Shown one piece after another: positions 62,161-64,000 of a DNA stretch of 64,000 nt. The stretch comes from Gammaproteobacteria bacterium. Its GTDB lineage: Bacteria; Pseudomonadota; Gammaproteobacteria; Ga0077536. The stretch lies in assembly GCA_963662545.2 (NCBI GenBank), contig CAXXLL010000002.1, positions 1,312,001 through 1,376,000 of the forward strand. Direction: 5' to 3'. The translations under genes were made by a program, and so were the position numbers. Numbering within the stretch: the stretch's first letter is position 1; the number at the start of each line of letters is the position of its first letter. The notes below the pieces were generated by a model. That model was given only the letters and a program-made list of their open reading frames with translations. It had not been told where the DNA came from and ran no database searches.

Positions 62161-62621
62161 CGGTCGTGCGGTATGGTCGGGCTTTTGCTACGGGTATTCG
62201 AACTCCACTTCCCCTGGATTGGCTAAACAGGTTGGATCCAACGCTCCGCGACGCTCATGATTACTTCAAGGGGCTTCGCGACAAGTTTGTGGCGCACTCG
62301 GTTGGCCGATTTGAAGATTGCCTGGTCGTCGCACATCTTCAGGTCGGGCCCGATGGATCACCCAACGTCGCGGACGTCTCTGCGAGGCCGGGCATGACCC
62401 TTCTTACTTCTGAGAGGGATAACGAAGACCTGCGAAAGCTCGCCTCAGCGCTTCAGCGGATCGCAGAGGAGGAGATTCGCACCGAGAAGGCGCGCGTGCT
62501 GGCTTTCGCAAAGACTTTGTCAGCAAAGGAGATGGTCGCGCTGGGCTCTCCTCGTGAACTCCCTCCAACTCGGGGCGACGAGAAGCGTCCGCGTCACAAG
62601 CCTACGAGATCGCAGAAATGA
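62160..62621 (+). pseudogene. 5'-truncated cassette gene with HEPN-like motif
   Basis: AVVRYGRAF...H.YF..LRDKFVAHS; abuts the IS481 remnant and is followed by an attC. Confidence 0.6.
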
Positions 62622-62628
62622 TCAGGCC

Positions 62629-62699
62629 TTCTAACCCCTCCATCGAGCGGACCCACAACGGGCTCCGCCGTTGTGGTCCGCTCATGTCAAACGTTAGAT
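62629..62699 (+). other. attC site (71 bp)
   Basis: TTCTAAC...GAGCGGACCCACAACGG...CCGTTGTGGTCCGCTC...GTTAGAT. Confidence 0.9.
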
Positions 62700-63351
62700 G
62701 GCAGAGAATATGGTGATGGACCAGTCAGCCAAATTTTGGGACAAAATAGCAGAGCGTTATTCGGTAAAACCCATTGCTGATGAAGAGGCATACCAGAAAA
62801 AACTACAGGTAACCCGCGAATACTTTCGGCCGGAAATGGAATTATTGGAGTTTGGTTGCGGGACAGGGTCGACAGCCATTGCGCATGCGCCTTATGTGAA
62901 ACATATTCAAGCGATCGATATCTCGTCGAAAATGTTAGAAATCGCTCAGGGAAAAGCTGACGCAAAAAATATCGAGAATGTCTCTTTTAAACGCTCAACC
63001 ATCGATGAATTCAACGTGCCAGAACAAACTATGGATGTTGTGTTGGGGCTTAGTATCTTGCACTTGCTGGACAACCGGGATGCAGTAATCGCTAGGATTT
63101 ATGAAATGCTTAAGCCGGGTGGCATTTTCGTCACCAGTACCGCTTGCATCGGAGATATGAGGTTTTTAAATAATATTTTTAGGATCGTCGCACCGATTGG
63201 AAAATTCATAGGCTTATTACCAACGCTGAAGGTATTCACTACGACAGAATTGGAAAGCAGTTTGACGAAAGCCGGATTTTATATTGACTACAAATGGCAA
63301 CCGGGGAAAAACAGCGGAGTGTTTATTGTGGCAATGAAAAATGCGAAATAG
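62698..63351 (+). CDS. Cassette: class I SAM-dependent methyltransferase
   Basis: FWDKIAERY, LEFGCGTG, IDIS..M, LKPGG; AT-rich; bounded by attC sites. Confidence 0.92.
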   Translation: MAENMVMDQSAKFWDKIAERYSVKPIADEEAYQKKLQVTREYFRPEMELLEFGCGTGSTAIAHAPYVKHIQAIDISSKMLEIAQGKADAKNIENVSFKRSTIDEFNVPEQTMDVVLGLSILHLLDNRDAVIARIYEMLKPGGIFVTSTACIGDMRFLNNIFRIVAPIGKFIGLLPTLKVFTTTELESSLTKAGFYIDYKWQPGKNSGVFIVAMKNAK

Positions 63352-63375
63352 ATTAGCGATAGAAATGGTACAGCC

Positions 63376-63474
63376 ACCTAACAAGCGCGATCGAGACCGA
63401 CGCTTGACTGCGCCCTTCCTACGCTACCGCTCCGGTCGGTTGCAATCAAGCGCGGCTCATCGCGGACGTTAGGC
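63376..63474 (+). other. attC site (99 bp), last of the array
   Basis: ACCTAAC...GCGATCGAGACCGACGCTTGA...TCAAGCGCGGCTCATCGC...GTTAGGC. Confidence 0.9.
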
Positions 63475-63557
63475 GCCTAAAAGTGGATGTCGCTACAGCA
63501 GCATTTGTCACCGAGCCCTTTATCACCTTTCGGTGAACGGAGTTTGTCACCGGCCTT

Positions 63558-64000
63558 TCAGGCGTCAATTACGTTCAGCCGCCCCCAATTGAAGAACAGC
63601 CGCTGTGGTGGGGCGTTGCGGCCGTGAAGGCGTTCGGCGAGCGTTTCTAGAATCATTTCCTGCACGATCATCAATTCGAGCCCAGCGGTATTGCCGATGC
63701 GGACCCACTGCAAATCTTCGAGTTCGCCGTCGCCCTTGATGTCACCTTCGAAATGGTCGGCGTCTACTGAGAAGAAGCGCGCGTGAAAGCGTAATGGTTG
63801 GTAGGCCGGCGTAATGGCCCGCCCTAGAAAACTGAGTTCTTGCAAATCGGGCGAGACCGCGCGGCGCCGGAATTCATTCCAGGTATCGTGCCTGACGGCG
63901 CCGATTTCGCCTGCAAGGCCGAACATCAGGCCCGCTTCCTCGAACGCTTCTCGTACCGCCGCCATGGCAAGCGCACACGCCTTTCGCTTCGAGCCGGCGA
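63558..64000 (-). CDS. NUDIX hydrolase (C-terminal part; start outside window)
   Basis: AAVREAFEEAGL Nudix box, RAITP....RFHARFF, GELEDLQW. Confidence 0.85.
   Translation of the reverse strand, partial: AGSKRKACALAMAAVREAFEEAGLMFGLAGEIGAVRHDTWNEFRRRAVSPDLQELSFLGRAITPAYQPLRFHARFFSVDADHFEGDIKGDGELEDLQWVRIGNTAGLELMIVQEMILETLAERLHGRNAPPQRLFFNWGRLNVIDA

Noticed and set aside
62061-62621. 186-aa ORF as an intact gene
   Set aside because: Its first ~33 codons are the antisense of the IS481 remnant; chimeric

Overview
High-GC gammaproteobacterial chromosome window. Conserved backbone: ffs-dnaX-ybaB-recR-orn-nnr-tsaE-ami-mutL-miaA-hfq-hflXKC-yjeT-hisZ-purA-pdxH (14-31.6 kb), plus hydantoinase/ald at the left and an acyl-CoA/F420-type/MFS catabolic block (39.8-57.9 kb). 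Three accessory regions stand out. (1) 4.7-11.7 kb: a gene encoding 47 His-x-Asp motifs behind a twin-arginine/WxxP leader, preceded by a sigma-54 promoter and three TGT-N11-ACA enhancer-like boxes, and followed by an Fe/2OG dioxygenase, a cupin, a probable beta-propeller and an ECF/NrsF/spondin-VPLPA-CTERM module. (2) 35.3-39.7 kb: secreted proteins and an IS10-like IS4 element inserted in one of two repeated palindromes that bracket a 99-bp fragment of a sibling transposase. (3) 58-63.5 kb: an integron cassette array with no intI in the window, in which an IS110 element sits inside an attC site; its non-coding leader contains guide segments matching both the attC target and its own end (a bridge-RNA architecture readable from the sequence). 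Five ~160-bp MITEs and several REP-like palindromes are scattered between genes. All calls are by eye from sequence motifs; no database searches were run.
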